A stretch of DNA of 64,000 nucleotides from Rhynchopus sp. YZ270_cl-10 (GCA_964035575.1 OZ037835.1:1674001-1738000); one strand, 5' to 3'; numbered from the stretch's first letter, positions 21,606 to 33,745 are shown. Program-made: numbers and translations. Notes: generated by a model not told the origin, from the letters alone.

Positions 21606-22685
21606 CATACATTGAAATCCCGGGGAGTCACGGGGAGTTTGGCAAAAAATCAAAAAAAACGAACTCCCCGTGAGTGTTTTTTTGGTTTCGAGAGTTTTCG
21701 AGAGTGTTTTTTTTTTTTTTTACGGAGAGTTTTCGCGATTAATCGCGACAAAATTCGCGATTAATCCCCGGGAGTAAAATCGCGATTTTTTGTAGCATTT
21801 TACCCCAAACACAACCGTGCACACCTGGTGCTATCCGCATCTGACCTGTGCTACCTGGGCACACGTTCAGTCTACGTACTCACATTACACCTACCGATTG
21901 ATTCGCAAAATGCACCCACCACGACAGAGGGGTGATAAGCCTCGCGGCTTTAGGCGGCACAGTGGTGGCGGACATGAGCAAACGAGCCACAGGTCGATCA
22001 CAAATGCGACGGGTTAATTCCGCGCTTGGGAATTATCCACACCTGTTTAAGATAATTACGCTTAAATTACTCTGGGCGAAAAATGGTACACCATACCAGC
22101 AGGGAAGCATACCACCACATGTAAGCAGGGCTATTTTAAATATGGGGATAAGGAACAAGAAAAGGGTGAAAACGGGTCGAGGCTTCCCGCCGCAGGCGGA
22201 AATTTTTAGATGCCGTGCACTTTTCCAGGTGGTTTGAAGAGTGATCTGACCATATTGTCCCAGTATAGCAGTACACCCCAATAAATCCATTGGAGGAACA
22301 TTGCACTTTTGACCACCACAGAATACATGTTGCCAGCCACACCACTAAAGTACAAAAACCCCCCTCGGAACGTAGTGAGAGCTTGTGAAAAAATCTCTCC
22401 CCGTTCATAGATGGCCCAGTTTTCGAGATTTTTTCATAAATTCGCGATTAATCGCAAATTTATATTTTATAAATTGGAGAGTTTTCGAGAGTATTTTTTT
22501 TAAATCGGGGAGTATTGGAGAGTTTTGGAGAGTTTTGGAGAGTTTTTTTTTTAAATTGGAGAGTTTTCGAGAGTTTTTCACAAATTCGCGATTAATCGCG
22601 AATTTTTTTTCTTTTTTTTTAATCGCTAAAACTCTCGAAAACACCAGTGGAGAGTCTCCGCGACTCCCGGGGATTTCAATGTATG
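21606..22685. mobile_element. Non-autonomous TIR element (~24-bp TIR starting CATACATTGAAATCCC)
   Basis: catacattgaaatcccggggagtc at 21606, with its near-perfect reverse complement ending at 22685. Subterminal gagagttttcg/cgcgattaatcgcg repeats. No clean TSD. Confidence 0.75.
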
Positions 22686-23059
22686 GAAAAGCCAAAATTC
22701 ACCACCGTTTTTTATTCGAGTTTAAAACGTTTAAAACAGTTTAAAACGTTTAGAATTTAAAACGTTTATAGTATTTAATTACTATGCAATTATTTCACCA
22801 TAATTGCTACGAGGAGGTGTTTTTTTCACGAGTGGTTAATTGCACGAGCGCAGCGAGTGCAATTAACAAAACGAGTGAAAAATACACCTCCGAGTGCAAT
22901 TTTCTGTGAAATAATTGCATGGAATTTGATATTTAATTGCCGTAAAATTATTTCCGAAAGCCAAAATCCGTTTTCGGCAGCCTGTGCTGTCACGGTGCGC
23001 TGGTCAGAGGTCTGACCAGGTCACCTGGTCACATTTACCCAGGTACGTACCCAGTCACC

Positions 23060-23176
23060 CAGGTACACAGGTACACAGGTACACAGGTACACAGGTACAC
23101 AGGTACACAGGTACACAGGTACACAGGTACACAGGTACACAGGTACACAGGTACACAGGTACACAGGTACACAGGT
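23060..23176. repeat. (CAGGTACA)n minisatellite, ~14 copies
   Basis: Direct reading. Confidence 0.95.
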
Positions 23177-23660
23177 AAGTCGTGACAGGGCAACCACAGC
23201 CAACCCGCCAGTCACTGAGAAGTGACCAGACAGTCCACTTGACAAACACAAAAGTGTCCAGTCACGTGGGGCATTCATGCACTGAGGAGATAAATGATCC
23301 AACAATTTACAAGAAAGCATTACTTAACCTACTGCTGGAAGTTGCCAGGTCGTAGTAACACACAAAGTGTGCCTCCGTTCGGGAATACCGGATATTCTAG
23401 AGACCAAAAAGGCCTCTTCCGCTGGTCAAGGTATAACCGAGTGAACGGCCCAAGACCCCCGTGGAGAAGTTAAATGTTGTAATGCTATCAAGTACAAACT
23501 GCGACCACTGTCTTACCCTCCTCAATGCATGGTGGAAGATGTCTTTGACAACAAACCGAGCTCTGATTATCAATCGTTAGACTCAGAGGAATGCCTGCGG
23601 TACAGGTATCAAACCCGGGGTGTTCACAAAAGAAAAAAAGAAAAAAAATCGCGATTTTTT

Positions 23661-23755
23661 TTTTAGCCGGGTTTCCCACACAAAAAATAATTACCGTGTA
23701 ATTATTTCCTATAATTACACGGTAATTATTTTTTGTGTGGGAAACCCGGCTAAAA
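23661..23755. repeat. Perfect 45-bp inverted repeat with 5-nt spacer
   Basis: ttttagccgggtttcccacacaaaaaataattaccgtgtaattat-ttcct-reverse complement. Confidence 0.95.
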
Positions 23756-24273
23756 TACCTCCACTGCAATTATTTCCAGACGTCAATTATGGCATTCTTA
23801 AAACTCCGCTCCTAGAAGGATTTTGGCTTGAGGAAATAATTTTACGGCTATTAAAACGTTTAGTTTAAAACTAGCGTTAGGAACACTGCCCCAAACCCCC
23901 TTTCATCTCTAGTTTTCTTTATCCAAGCGTCGAGTGGACGCGTAATAATTTCATAAAAAGCGCAAGATTACTGGGACGTGTCCAGAACCACCCCCAATAA
24001 CGGTTTTCTGGGGGGTTTTGCGGGTGAAAGGGGTCATCACACAGGTGGTTCTGTGCTGTTTTTTTCCACAGAACCGACACGTGTGGCGTGTCTCCCAAAC
24101 AACAAAAATGAAATGAATAAAGCATGTTGGAAGCAAAAAGGAAGAACAAAACAATGTGGTTTTGAACAGGGACTACAAAACAAATAAACCCCACCCTTCT
24201 ATCCTTTGCTCACTCCAATGCCATCCTCCGTATCCAACTGCACAACACCACAAAAACAGAGTCTCTCACAACA

Positions 24274-25722
24274 ATGGAACTGTCTGTGCAGTGCATCGGA
24301 AGCGAGGACATTGTGGTCGAGGTGGGTGTGGATGACACAACGGAGACGATGCGGCAGAAGGTGGCGTCTGCAGTGGGGTTGGCTGAGGACAGCTTCCACA
24401 TGGGCTTCGGAGGGAAGGAGGAAGGAGACGACATCACGCAGCTGAGTGCTGGAGACACAATCATCCTGACGAAGGTCAAGATATACGACGTTGTCAAAAA
24501 ACTTCGTGCATTGGGTGAGACGGACATCACAGCGGGAAGGCTGCGACTGGTGAAGGATCCGACGGTAGCCTCTTTGCTTCTGCAGGCAGAAGTTACGACT
24601 GCGACTCCGCGTCACTTCTTCTACAACAGGGAACTAACGGGCATACGGTTCAGTGACGACATTCGTGACACGCCCCTGGCCAACTGCGACAACGAAATGG
24701 TCCTGCCCACCATGCTCCACATCACTGCCATCGGTGATTGCTTCTTTCTATGGTGCACAGCATTGGCTTCAGTCGACCTCACCGGCCTGCAAGCAGTCAC
24801 TTCGATTGGGAATGAATTCATGCTGAAATGCACAAAGTTGTCGAAAATCAACCTCAGTGGACTCGAGGCAGTCGCTTCAATAGGGAATGGGTTTCTCTAC
24901 AACTGCACCAGGCTGTCGACAGTGGATCTTACTAACATGCTCCCACTCGCTTCTATTGGTCGTTGGTTTCTCGCGGAGAGCACGTCGTTGCGTACGGTGG
25001 ACCTCAGCGGCCTGCGGTCACTGACCTCGATTGGGAGCCACTTCCTGGCTGGGTGCAGAGAGTTGGTCTCAGTGGACCTTAGTGGCCTTCAATCGGTGGC
25101 CTCGATTGGTGAAGGTTTTCTGTCTGGGTGCAAAAGGTTGCCGGCAGTGGACCTCGCCTGCCTGCGATCGGTCGTGAGGATCGAGAATGAGTTCCTCGCT
25201 GGGTGTACGGCATTGTCTGTCGTGGACCTGACCCACCTGCGATCAGTCGAAAGGATTTGCGATGGATTTATGTTCAACTGCGTGAAGTTATCAACAGTCG
25301 ACCTGGACCTGCGATCAGTCGCTTCGATCGGAAACCATTTCCTGTTCAGTTGCACAGCGTTGGAGACGGTCGAGCTAAACCTTCAAGCGCTCACTGCGAT
25401 TGGGGACGGCTTTCTCTCTGGGTGCACAGCGTTGTCAACAATGGATCTCTCCGGCCTGCAAGCAGTCACCTCGATTGGCAGCTCATTCCTCGGCGACTGC
25501 ACAGCGTTGTCGAGCGTTGACCTCAGCGGCCTGCAATCGGCCACTTCCATCGGGAACACATTCCTAGATAACTGCGCCATGTTGTCGACTGTCGACGTCG
25601 CCGGCCTGCAAGCAGTCACTTCGCTTGGCCACTCTTTTCTTGATGGGTGTCGATCACTGCAGAGCGTGCACGGAAAGGACAGCTGCAGCGACGTTGTACG
25701 CAGCACAGTACTAGAACTCTGA
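24274..25722 (+). CDS. UBL-LRR protein, second LRR type (13 modules, LSTVDLSGLQAVTSIGxxFLxxC), no CaaX
   Basis: Intact 482-aa ORF. UBL core 24317-24469 is nearly identical in DNA to 9187-9339; the remainder is strongly divergent. Confidence 0.85.
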   Translation: MELSVQCIGSEDIVVEVGVDDTTETMRQKVASAVGLAEDSFHMGFGGKEEGDDITQLSAGDTIILTKVKIYDVVKKLRALGETDITAGRLRLVKDPTVASLLLQAEVTTATPRHFFYNRELTGIRFSDDIRDTPLANCDNEMVLPTMLHITAIGDCFFLWCTALASVDLTGLQAVTSIGNEFMLKCTKLSKINLSGLEAVASIGNGFLYNCTRLSTVDLTNMLPLASIGRWFLAESTSLRTVDLSGLRSLTSIGSHFLAGCRELVSVDLSGLQSVASIGEGFLSGCKRLPAVDLACLRSVVRIENEFLAGCTALSVVDLTHLRSVERICDGFMFNCVKLSTVDLDLRSVASIGNHFLFSCTALETVELNLQALTAIGDGFLSGCTALSTMDLSGLQAVTSIGSSFLGDCTALSSVDLSGLQSATSIGNTFLDNCAMLSTVDVAGLQAVTSLGHSFLDGCRSLQSVHGKDSCSDVVRSTVLEL

Positions 25723-26691
25723 CGTTGCCAAGCTAGCGGCGCCCTCTTTTTTTTTTTTTTTTTGCCATCTTCTCCCCTCCCTTTTTTTTTGCACTGCATG
25801 CCCTATCTGCTGCACGACTACAACAACGACGCAGCCCCTCGCCACTCATGAGAAGGAAGCGGAATAAACTGATCCCCCACCCATTCGTGCCACCCCCCTA
25901 CCCATGCATTCATGTGTCCCCCCATGAACGCTGGCTGTTATAAATTATATCTTTGTGCGAGTATGCAATACGTCTGGTTACGCAATACGCTCTTCTTCAA
26001 CAGAGGGGTAAAGACATACGATTACTGGCTTGACTTCCAGCACAACCACCTTTTTGCCCTCTACCCCCTTGGTGACGACGCCCCACGCGAAGCTGAGGTT
26101 CATCTTACCAACTGTACTTCGGTGTCTTCGAGTGGTGCCGTTTTCCCCCCCTCCCTCCCCTTTTTGTGAACAGAGAGAACTAACCCCTTTTCTTGATACA
26201 AACTGTTATAACCCACCGCCCTTTTTTTGTGCTCCATTTTTTGAGGCTTTCAAAAAAAAGTATTGATGACTACCTCCCCCAAGGACCTCTTCCACTGTTT
26301 CAACTCTCTGTTTTCAGCTTTTTTCTTTTCGGTTCAGCATATTTTACAGTAACGGTAAGTCGTTACGACTATGGGTTTGTTTCACTGTGTAGTACCCCAT
26401 GACTACCTCTCAGCCCCCCAAAAGAACTCTTCTACTACTGACACCTCGTGGTGTAGACGCACGCCTTCTGCAAAGTCAATCCAGAGATACCACGTGGCGA
26501 CTGGACAGATCGACAGCCCCTTCTACCCTACACCACCCCCACAAAGAAGTGCACCTCACCTCTCAACTTATAAAGTACTACAATGGAATACAGTACAAAA
26601 CAAACAGAGTAGCAAAAACAAAAACAAAACCAAACAAACTTTCAAGCCCCCTCCACCCTCCACCACCACCCACTACAGCACCCCCCCCACC

Positions 26692-29600
26692 ATGCAAACA
26701 CCCCCGCTCTCCGGTCTCTGCGCCGTTCCCACCCCCTTCCTCCTCCTCCTCCTCCTCACCCTCCCCCCCTTCGTCCTCCCTACCACCATATGCAACGACG
26801 ATGAGTACCCCTGCCCCGCAACCGGGACGTGCGTCGCACAGAGCGCCGTCCTCGCAAACCCTGGGAACGTAACGCTCTGCCCTGAGGGGTGCGGGCCTTC
26901 CAGCTCCTCCAGGCCTCTGGTCGCCTGCGACCTCACCGCACCGGGGCTGTGTCTCCCCCTTGCAAACTGCGACCGGTTCTTCTACTGGATCCGCTCCGTG
27001 TGGCAGCTCCCCTCCACACTGGACACTCTCTGGGATGACTACCTCGCGAATTCTATTACACTGCTTCATCGGAACCTCAGCTTTGTCGGTGATGTACACA
27101 CTATGAAGGTCCATTACTTAGGAAGGGAGGTGTTTTTGTTAAAGCAGAAGCGCGCCTTACTGTCCACACTCAACGCAAATGCAACACGCATTCTCATTCT
27201 CGAGGTCTCCCCTAGCGATGCACAATCCAACATGGCGACGATCCATTCTCTCAACATTTTGATTTCCTCTCAATGCAGGAACGACCCCCTCAAACTTCTA
27301 AACGAATCGTGTACAACGTTCATCCCTCTCGGCTGCGATCTTCCTGTGGAAAACTCACCATATCTCCAAAAAGATAAAAGACGCAGAGCAGAAGGGGGGG
27401 TGGGGTATACTTTAGGTGATATTTGCATTGCTTCTTGCGCACATTGCCCTTCTTATGTACCGACATATGCACAAGGAGCGTGCCCAGAGGGGTACGTGCA
27501 CTCTAAATGGGGAAGAGGCTGTCCTGCAGCGCAGAATTGGTTTCGGTCACAATATGGGAGCTCCCCGCTTTACAATGAACGGTTTTGCCCTAAAGCGAAG
27601 GAAGAAATTGAATTTGCTTGTACCGGGAAGCATGCTGACTATACTATCCAATGTGACGACCCGACACGATGCGATAAAAGGGGGTACCTCCCTCTCAGAG
27701 TAGACGAAGCAACGGAAACAAAAATGTGTGTGGATCGGTTTAATGGAGAGCTTCGTGTAGGAACAAATGTATCTTCCGGAACACCTCTTTTGTGTCACAT
27801 TCCGGAGGTAGTTCGAAGCACACCTGCCTGTCTTCCGGGTCAATCCTCAAGGGTAGAGGGGCCGTCTTTTCAACCTATTTGCCGTCATTCTGATCAGCTC
27901 TATGCGCTGTCGCCTTATTATCGTATCATAGAAGAATACAGTGTCGTATATGATATAGCAATGGATGGAGCAGAAGCTGACGCACTCAAAGAGCATTTAT
28001 TCCGAAATGAGTTGCTGCCCACAGAATTTTGCGTTATCGAGGTAACCTCTCAAGGAAGCTCGGTGCAGGTAGCTGTACGAAGCACGGCGGAAGCTGTGAA
28101 GGGGGAAGTAACAAAGCTTAGTGGGGTGAGAGACGCGAAGCACATTGCATCACGGACGTCGTTGGTGAAGTACGTAGATACAGTCGCCACGGTGCGTAAG
28201 GAGAGAAGCCTAGCGTTGGATAAGCAGTTCCGTGTCTTCTTTGCTGAGCAGGAGTTTGTACAAAGGTTTGGCGTCGTCGGGAACGGCGTCACAGCGACAC
28301 ACCCCCGACTAGAGAGCTACGGCGGACGCGAGCAGCACAGCTTCCTCCGCGCTACGTTCCCTAACAATGGAGGGTGGGTGGAGTTCACAGGCCCCGCAGT
28401 GCAGACCACAGAAGGTATAGTTGCCCCCCTTTGTACCCCTCCCCCGCCCCAAAGGCCCTACCCTGCATTGATCCGCCACCGTGACTGATGTGATGGTTTT
28501 GGGTCCCATCCTTTTGCGTGGCCTTTTACTTCATTGCTTTACCACTTTCCCAAAACACCACAGGAGAGGCTGTGCACGTTACAATGATCTCCAGCACGCT
28601 CGAGACCTCCCTCACTAACCGCTTTCATCAGGGCCGTGCGACCTGGGGTATATACAGTGCTTCCTCTGCGGCAGCATGCCCGATCCCTGATGACGATGTG
28701 TACGACCCCTTTGGGCTTGGCAATGTTGATGCATGCAGCACGGTCACGGACGACACAGTTGCACAAGAACTATGCAGGGTCGGCGACCTTACAGCACGGC
28801 ACGGGAGACTCCGTGCCGTGAACCCTAAATGGCGTGGGATGCGCGACTTTGCCTTGCCAACTGCTGGGTGGGCCTCCATCGAAGGCCGCATAATCGTCCT
28901 TGGCACCGACCCTCCGGTGTGCGCGACCATCAAAAAGGGTGTGCGACCGAAGGTCGGCGACGACTGGGAAGTGGACACCCCAGCATCAACGACACTTACC
29001 ACATCGTTTGCCAAATCAAATCAGTTTCCATTTGATGGGTACATAAGCTTCGCCCAATCTGCCCTAGCAGCGGATACTCTCATTTCGGTGCATTTTAGTG
29101 GAGACTCTGTGATGAACGAAGTGTCCTATCGGATTTCACACAAAGAAAACTGCGATTTTCATGCTGACGATGTGTACGCCCCATACGCCAGTATAGATGC
29201 GGAAAGGGTGGAGGCGAAGGTGTGTGCTGGTATCCATCCTTCAGTTAGTCCGGTGGAGGCGGGATGTGCCTTAGGCGACCTGGATGCGGTGTTGTCTGCG
29301 CACCGTGGGCTTCCCACGCATGGCACGGCTATTCATTCGTACCTAGAGGTCAGTGCTGAGGGCAGTCCGTCTCTGCTCAGTGAGGCAGGGGGGCAGAAAG
29401 GTCTGTCCGTAGTGATCCTGAAGGACGGAGCCCCCATTGCCTGCGCGCCGTTGCTGCAGGAGAAGGTGGGTGCGAAGGGGGGGGAAGGGGAAAAGGAGAC
29501 GGAGAAGAAAAAGGAGGAAGAGGAGCTGCTATTGCTGCTGGCGGTGGTGGGTATGTGGGGGAAACAAAAAAAAAAAAAAAAATGACGTTTTTTTCTTTGA

Positions 29601-30306
29601 GGTGACTATCCACGAGAGGCTTAGGGTCATCTTATAAACTTTTTACTTTGTTAGAAATGTGTAAAAATGGGCGCCGCTGAATGGCGCCAGATATCATGGA
29701 AGCTAGCTACTTCGGCCCCGTATCTCTTCACCCTGCCCGCGTCTTGTTGGTGTCCATCGTGCGTGGCATCTAAGTTGACTTTTTTACCCCCTTTTTTAGG
29801 ATTCCCCCAAGCATTTTTCTTTCAATAACACCTCTTCAGGTGGCGTGTGCTGCTTGTCGATCGGGACTGCGATTGTGTGGATACGGTCACCATGCCAGGA
29901 GGACGACCCAGGACGAAGCACGCAGGAAGGTGCTCCGCACAGCAAGCCAAACACCGGCCGGAACACACCCACGGCGAAGGGAAGAGCAGATAGGTTGCCA
30001 CGCGAGACAGTAGATGTGGAAGACATGAGCACTGTACACAGCGAGGAAAGCTGTCGAGACACACTACCCGACACGGAAGGCTGCGACGACTTAACGTCTC
30101 TTGATGAGGGTGCGAACACCCACAAGCGGGACGTGCCCAACCCGCTGCGATGCGACGACGTCTGCACACCATGCCACACCCACGACATAACAGTGGAAGT
30201 CGATGCGGAAGACATGAGCACCGTACACAGCGAGGCAAGCAGCCGAGACACACCACCCAACACGGAAGGCTGCGACAACTGCCTATCCACAGAGCACACA
30301 GGGTAG
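26692..30306 (+). CDS. 3-exon type-I membrane protein (~1058 aa): signal peptide, Cys-rich region, thyroglobulin type-1-like module, two Cu/Zn-SOD-like domains, TM, acidic repeat tail. Exons 26692-28414, 28564-29550, 29840-30306
   Basis: Introns GTATAG..CAG (28415-28563) and GTATGT..TTCAG (29551-29839) join three ORFs in frame, and the second rebuilds a TM helix LLLLLAVVG|GVCCLSIGTAIVWI. SOD-like motifs CRVGDLTARHGRL..SIEGRIIVL..CATI and CALGDL..GLSVVIL..IACAPL. Thyroglobulin-like QC..CDKRG..CVDRFNG..GT. Confidence 0.75.
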
Positions 30307-30652
30307 TGTGTGTGATGTGAAGAGATTCAGGTGTAGGTTATCCCCTAGCCGGAATATAGCCCATGGTGAGGGGGGTGCTCACATCACAGCCGACCCTGAC
30401 GGTCGTTTCTGAGTGGGTGCGGAAGATATGGATCGATGTGAACACCGAACACGTTGGGGGGAGGGGAGGAGAGGGAGGGGGATGCATGTGCGAAACCCGG
30501 CTCTCTTCCGAAAGTATTTTTACCTGTCAGAAGAGCCGGAGAAAAAAAGACGGTATTTTTTTTTTTTGCTGTCTTTTATGCGAGTAGCCGAATGCGATTC
30601 GAAAGACTGAAGCACAGAGAGGCTTTGGAGCATCTTATTACCTTAGAATTGT

Positions 30653-30980
30653 GAACAAGATAAAACAAAAAGCTTTCGTTTCTTTTATCGAACAGATTTT
30701 ATTCTCCGCCCCCTGTACCCAAACATAAACACCACTTTGAATCAGAAAAATATTTTCCCTTTTCTTTTTTCTTCCACACGCGCTGGTTTTTGTGCTTCGT
30801 TCATTTTTTATTCAAAAAGCTTTTCGAGTGCGAAACGTTTCTCCATGTATTGCACGGGAAACAACATGACAAAACAGGTGCAGGGTGGTTCCGTGCTTAT
30901 CATAGAACCTGGCACCTTGTGTGTCTCCCAAAAACCAAAAAAGCGTTGTGTGTGAAGTTTTGAAGGAAGGAAAAATAAAA
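30653..30980. repeat. Dispersed ~330-bp repeat family (other copies 44871-45210 and partial 48636-48788)
   Basis: Shared gaacaagataaaacaa...gcgaaacgtttc..tattgcacgggaaacaa..cagggtggttccgtg..gaaggaaggaaaaataaaa. Confidence 0.85.
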
Positions 30981-31974
30981 TGGAAGCGAACAACGACCTT
31001 AATTTTTTATTAGGACAAATACTTTGTGGGCAATGATTCAAACGTCTTGAGACTTTTTGTTTATCCCCCTCTCCTCCTTTTCTATTGTGCACTCACCTCA
31101 TTTCTGACTTCAGGTTAAGGGTTTTTTCCTTTTTGACATCCATTCTGGGTGTTTTTGAAAAAAAAAAAACCCTTCCCGTTTATAGTCTTTTGAGCAACAA
31201 AGCAAAGAGAAACGAGTCTCTCGAGCATTTTTTTTTGTATACAAACATACGAAGCGGTTAGTCAGGCGGAGATCCGACCAATTGAAAATCACGTCAGTAG
31301 AATAGGTTCGAGAATTGTAGGTTTTATTATAGACCAAAACGAGGTTGACAGGGGGGAAATGCTGAGGTCGCTCTAACTGTTTTTCACCCTCATTTTGTGC
31401 TCCTCCCTTCTCACACACTCACCTTCTGTACTTCAGGACTGTGTGCAGAAGGGTAGAGTACAACAAGCTCACCCCCTATTTCGTTTCCCGTTTTTCCTGT
31501 GTGGGTGAAGATAGCTATTGACACCCGTAGTATTTCCGTTTGCAGATTCAAGATGTGCCTGTGATCCATCTGACGATTCTTCTTATGGGAGCGTACAACT
31601 AACAAATTCTCCCCTATTTCGTTTTCCTGTTTTTTTTCCCTGTGTGAAGATCGCTACGACGTAGTGTTATTTCTGTTCTCTTTTTCGACATTTGCCATCG
31701 AACAGTAAACACCTGGGGGGTGGCATATCACAGTCTAGGCTCCTCACCCATTCCGTGAGGGGGAGAGTCTTTTTTTTCGATTGCGTGCATCTGTCCATCA
31801 TCGGCGCACCACGGTACCATTTGCCTGTGTGTATGTACAAAGATATTGCCCCATCGAGACCATCGAGATGACTCTTGAGGGTGGTCAAATATCTGTTCTA
31901 AAAAATAATAAACACCCCTTTCATCTTTTGTTTATATTAGGCAAATACTTTGTGGTGGGAAATGATTAAAACAT

Positions 31975-32117
31975 CTGTCCCTACCTACTATCTGGCGAAA
32001 CAGCAGTCAAGGGAACGGACTTGAAACTGTCAGCGGGGAAAGAAGACCCTGTTGAGTTTGACTCTAGTCTGACTTTGTGCAGTGACATGAGAGGTGTAGT
32101 TATAGGTGGGAGGCTTC
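31975..32117 (+). rRNA. Isolated ~140-bp fragment of 28S (LSU) rRNA
   Basis: ctgtccctacctactatctggcgaaac..aagggaacgg..tcagcggggaaagaagaccctgttgagtttgactctagt..gacatgagaggtgtag..gtgggagg follows the conserved eukaryotic LSU core. Flanks are non-ribosomal, so this is a pseudogenic piece. Confidence 0.9.
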
Positions 32118-32797
32118 ATCAATGGCTTTACCCAATGGGGGGGCAAAAACCCTCCCCAACCCTGCTTTTTTGAAATATCGAAAAAGGCGGCCCGAATTAT
32201 TCTGGCTCATTTTTGGCTTTATCTTTTCAAGTCAGTATCTGTTATCTTGCTGTGCTAGTGTTATCTCAAAGAGCTGTGTGCACGAGGCGCATGCATCCGA
32301 CAAGTATTCTTTTATTTCCGTTTCTCAGGTGTAGCCTTTCTTTCGTAATTTTCTTTTGCTCTTTCAACTTCTCTTTTGTGGTGGAAGCGTACAACTAACC
32401 CTCCCTGTTTCGTTTCCCGTTGTCCTGTGTGGGTGAAGATAGCTATTGACCCCTAGTATTTTGGACAAGGTCCCGTCAATTATTTCGATCAAAAAACGAA
32501 CTCAGTTTTTATTGTATTTTCCGAAAAATATAATCTGGCTCTTTGCAGGGCAATATGACATATTTTGCTTCCGGTTCTTTACGTATCACGTTGTTTTTTG
32601 TGTTTCTGATAAAGAGATACTATCACAACTCTGAACGGCCACCTTCCAAGTTCACATCCAGACTCCGTGTCTCCAACCGGGTCTATACGAGTCCGAATGG
32701 ACTGGCGGGCGTAACACTTCGAGGAGCCTTGTTGTTCCTCACCCCACCACACCACACCACACCATAACCCACCAGGAAGGGAGAGAGACATAAAAAA

Positions 32798-33745
32798 ATG
32801 GAACTGGTTGTGCAAGGCTTCGGAAAGGAGTACGTGATCGAGGTGGGTGTGGATGACACAACGGAGACGATGCGGCAGAAGGTGGCGTCTGCAGCGGGGT
32901 TGGCTGAGGACAGCTTCCACATGGGCTTCGGAGGGAAGGAGGAAGGAGACGACATCAGAGAACTGAGTGCTGGTTCGACAGTCGTGTTGACGAAAACACC
33001 GAAGTACGAAGCCATTGCAGAGCTTCATGCGTTGGGTGAGACAGATATCACAATAGAAACATTACAGCGAGTGCGGGATCCGAGGGTGGCGAGCTTGCTC
33101 CTTCAGGCAGAAGTTACGACTGCTATTCCAGATGACTTCTTATCAGATCAGAGTGCAGTAACGCGTATTGTGTTCAGTCCCATGTCCGATGTGGATGACA
33201 ACTGCGGCACACTGCACCTGCCTGCATTGCCATCTGTCACGGCAGTTGGTGACTACTTCCTCTTTTCGACAAACAGGCTGTCGACAGTGGACCTCTCCGG
33301 CTTGCACGCAGTCACCACAATAGGTGACTCATTCCTCGGATGCTGCCCATTGTTGAAGCTTGACCTCTCCGGTTGCTTGCACGCAGTCACCACGATTGGT
33401 GACGAATTCCTCGGAGGCTGCGCAAGGTTGTCGACAGTGGACCTCTCCGGCCTGCAAGCAGTCACCACAATAGGTGGCCACTTCCTCTGCCATTGCGACA
33501 AGTTGTCGACAGTTGACCTTTCAGGCCTGCGGGCAGTCACCACGATTGGTGATGGGTTCCTCTATGGGTGCAGATCTTTGTCGACTGTCGACGTCACCAG
33601 CCTTCAAGCAGTCACTGCGATTGGGGGCCAGTTCCTCGACGAGTGTGCAGCATTGCAGACCGTACACGGAAAGGAGAAGTGCAGCCACGTTGTACGCGAG
33701 GCAGTAGGCACCATTGCAACGAGGAAGAAAAGACGCACGGTGTAG
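32798..33745 (+). CDS. UBL-LRR protein, second LRR type (6 modules), basic C-terminus RKKRR (NLS-like)
   Basis: Intact 315-aa ORF. UBL core DNA is nearly identical to copies 1 and 3. Confidence 0.85.
   Translation: MELVVQGFGKEYVIEVGVDDTTETMRQKVASAAGLAEDSFHMGFGGKEEGDDIRELSAGSTVVLTKTPKYEAIAELHALGETDITIETLQRVRDPRVASLLLQAEVTTAIPDDFLSDQSAVTRIVFSPMSDVDDNCGTLHLPALPSVTAVGDYFLFSTNRLSTVDLSGLHAVTTIGDSFLGCCPLLKLDLSGCLHAVTTIGDEFLGGCARLSTVDLSGLQAVTTIGGHFLCHCDKLSTVDLSGLRAVTTIGDGFLYGCRSLSTVDVTSLQAVTAIGGQFLDECAALQTVHGKEKCSHVVREAVGTIATRKKRRTV

Larger units (their letters stand above)
22772..23855. mobile_element. Non-coding element with an internal complementary region (L..L'R'..R), Crypton/DIRS-like architecture
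   Basis: 22906-22931 is the imperfect reverse complement of the left end (22772-22798). The adjacent 22932-22969 is the reverse complement of the right end (23818-23855). The element interrupts the hAT subterminal repeats. Confidence 0.7.
15330..23888 (+). mobile_element. hAT-superfamily DNA transposon (decayed) hosting several nested elements
   Basis: TIR CAGTGTTCCTAA at 15330 and TTAGGAACACTG ending at 23888. Perfect 8-bp TSD CCCCAAAC (15322-15329, 23889-23896). ttaaaacgttt subterminal repeats at both ends. Contains a transposase relic. Confidence 0.9.
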
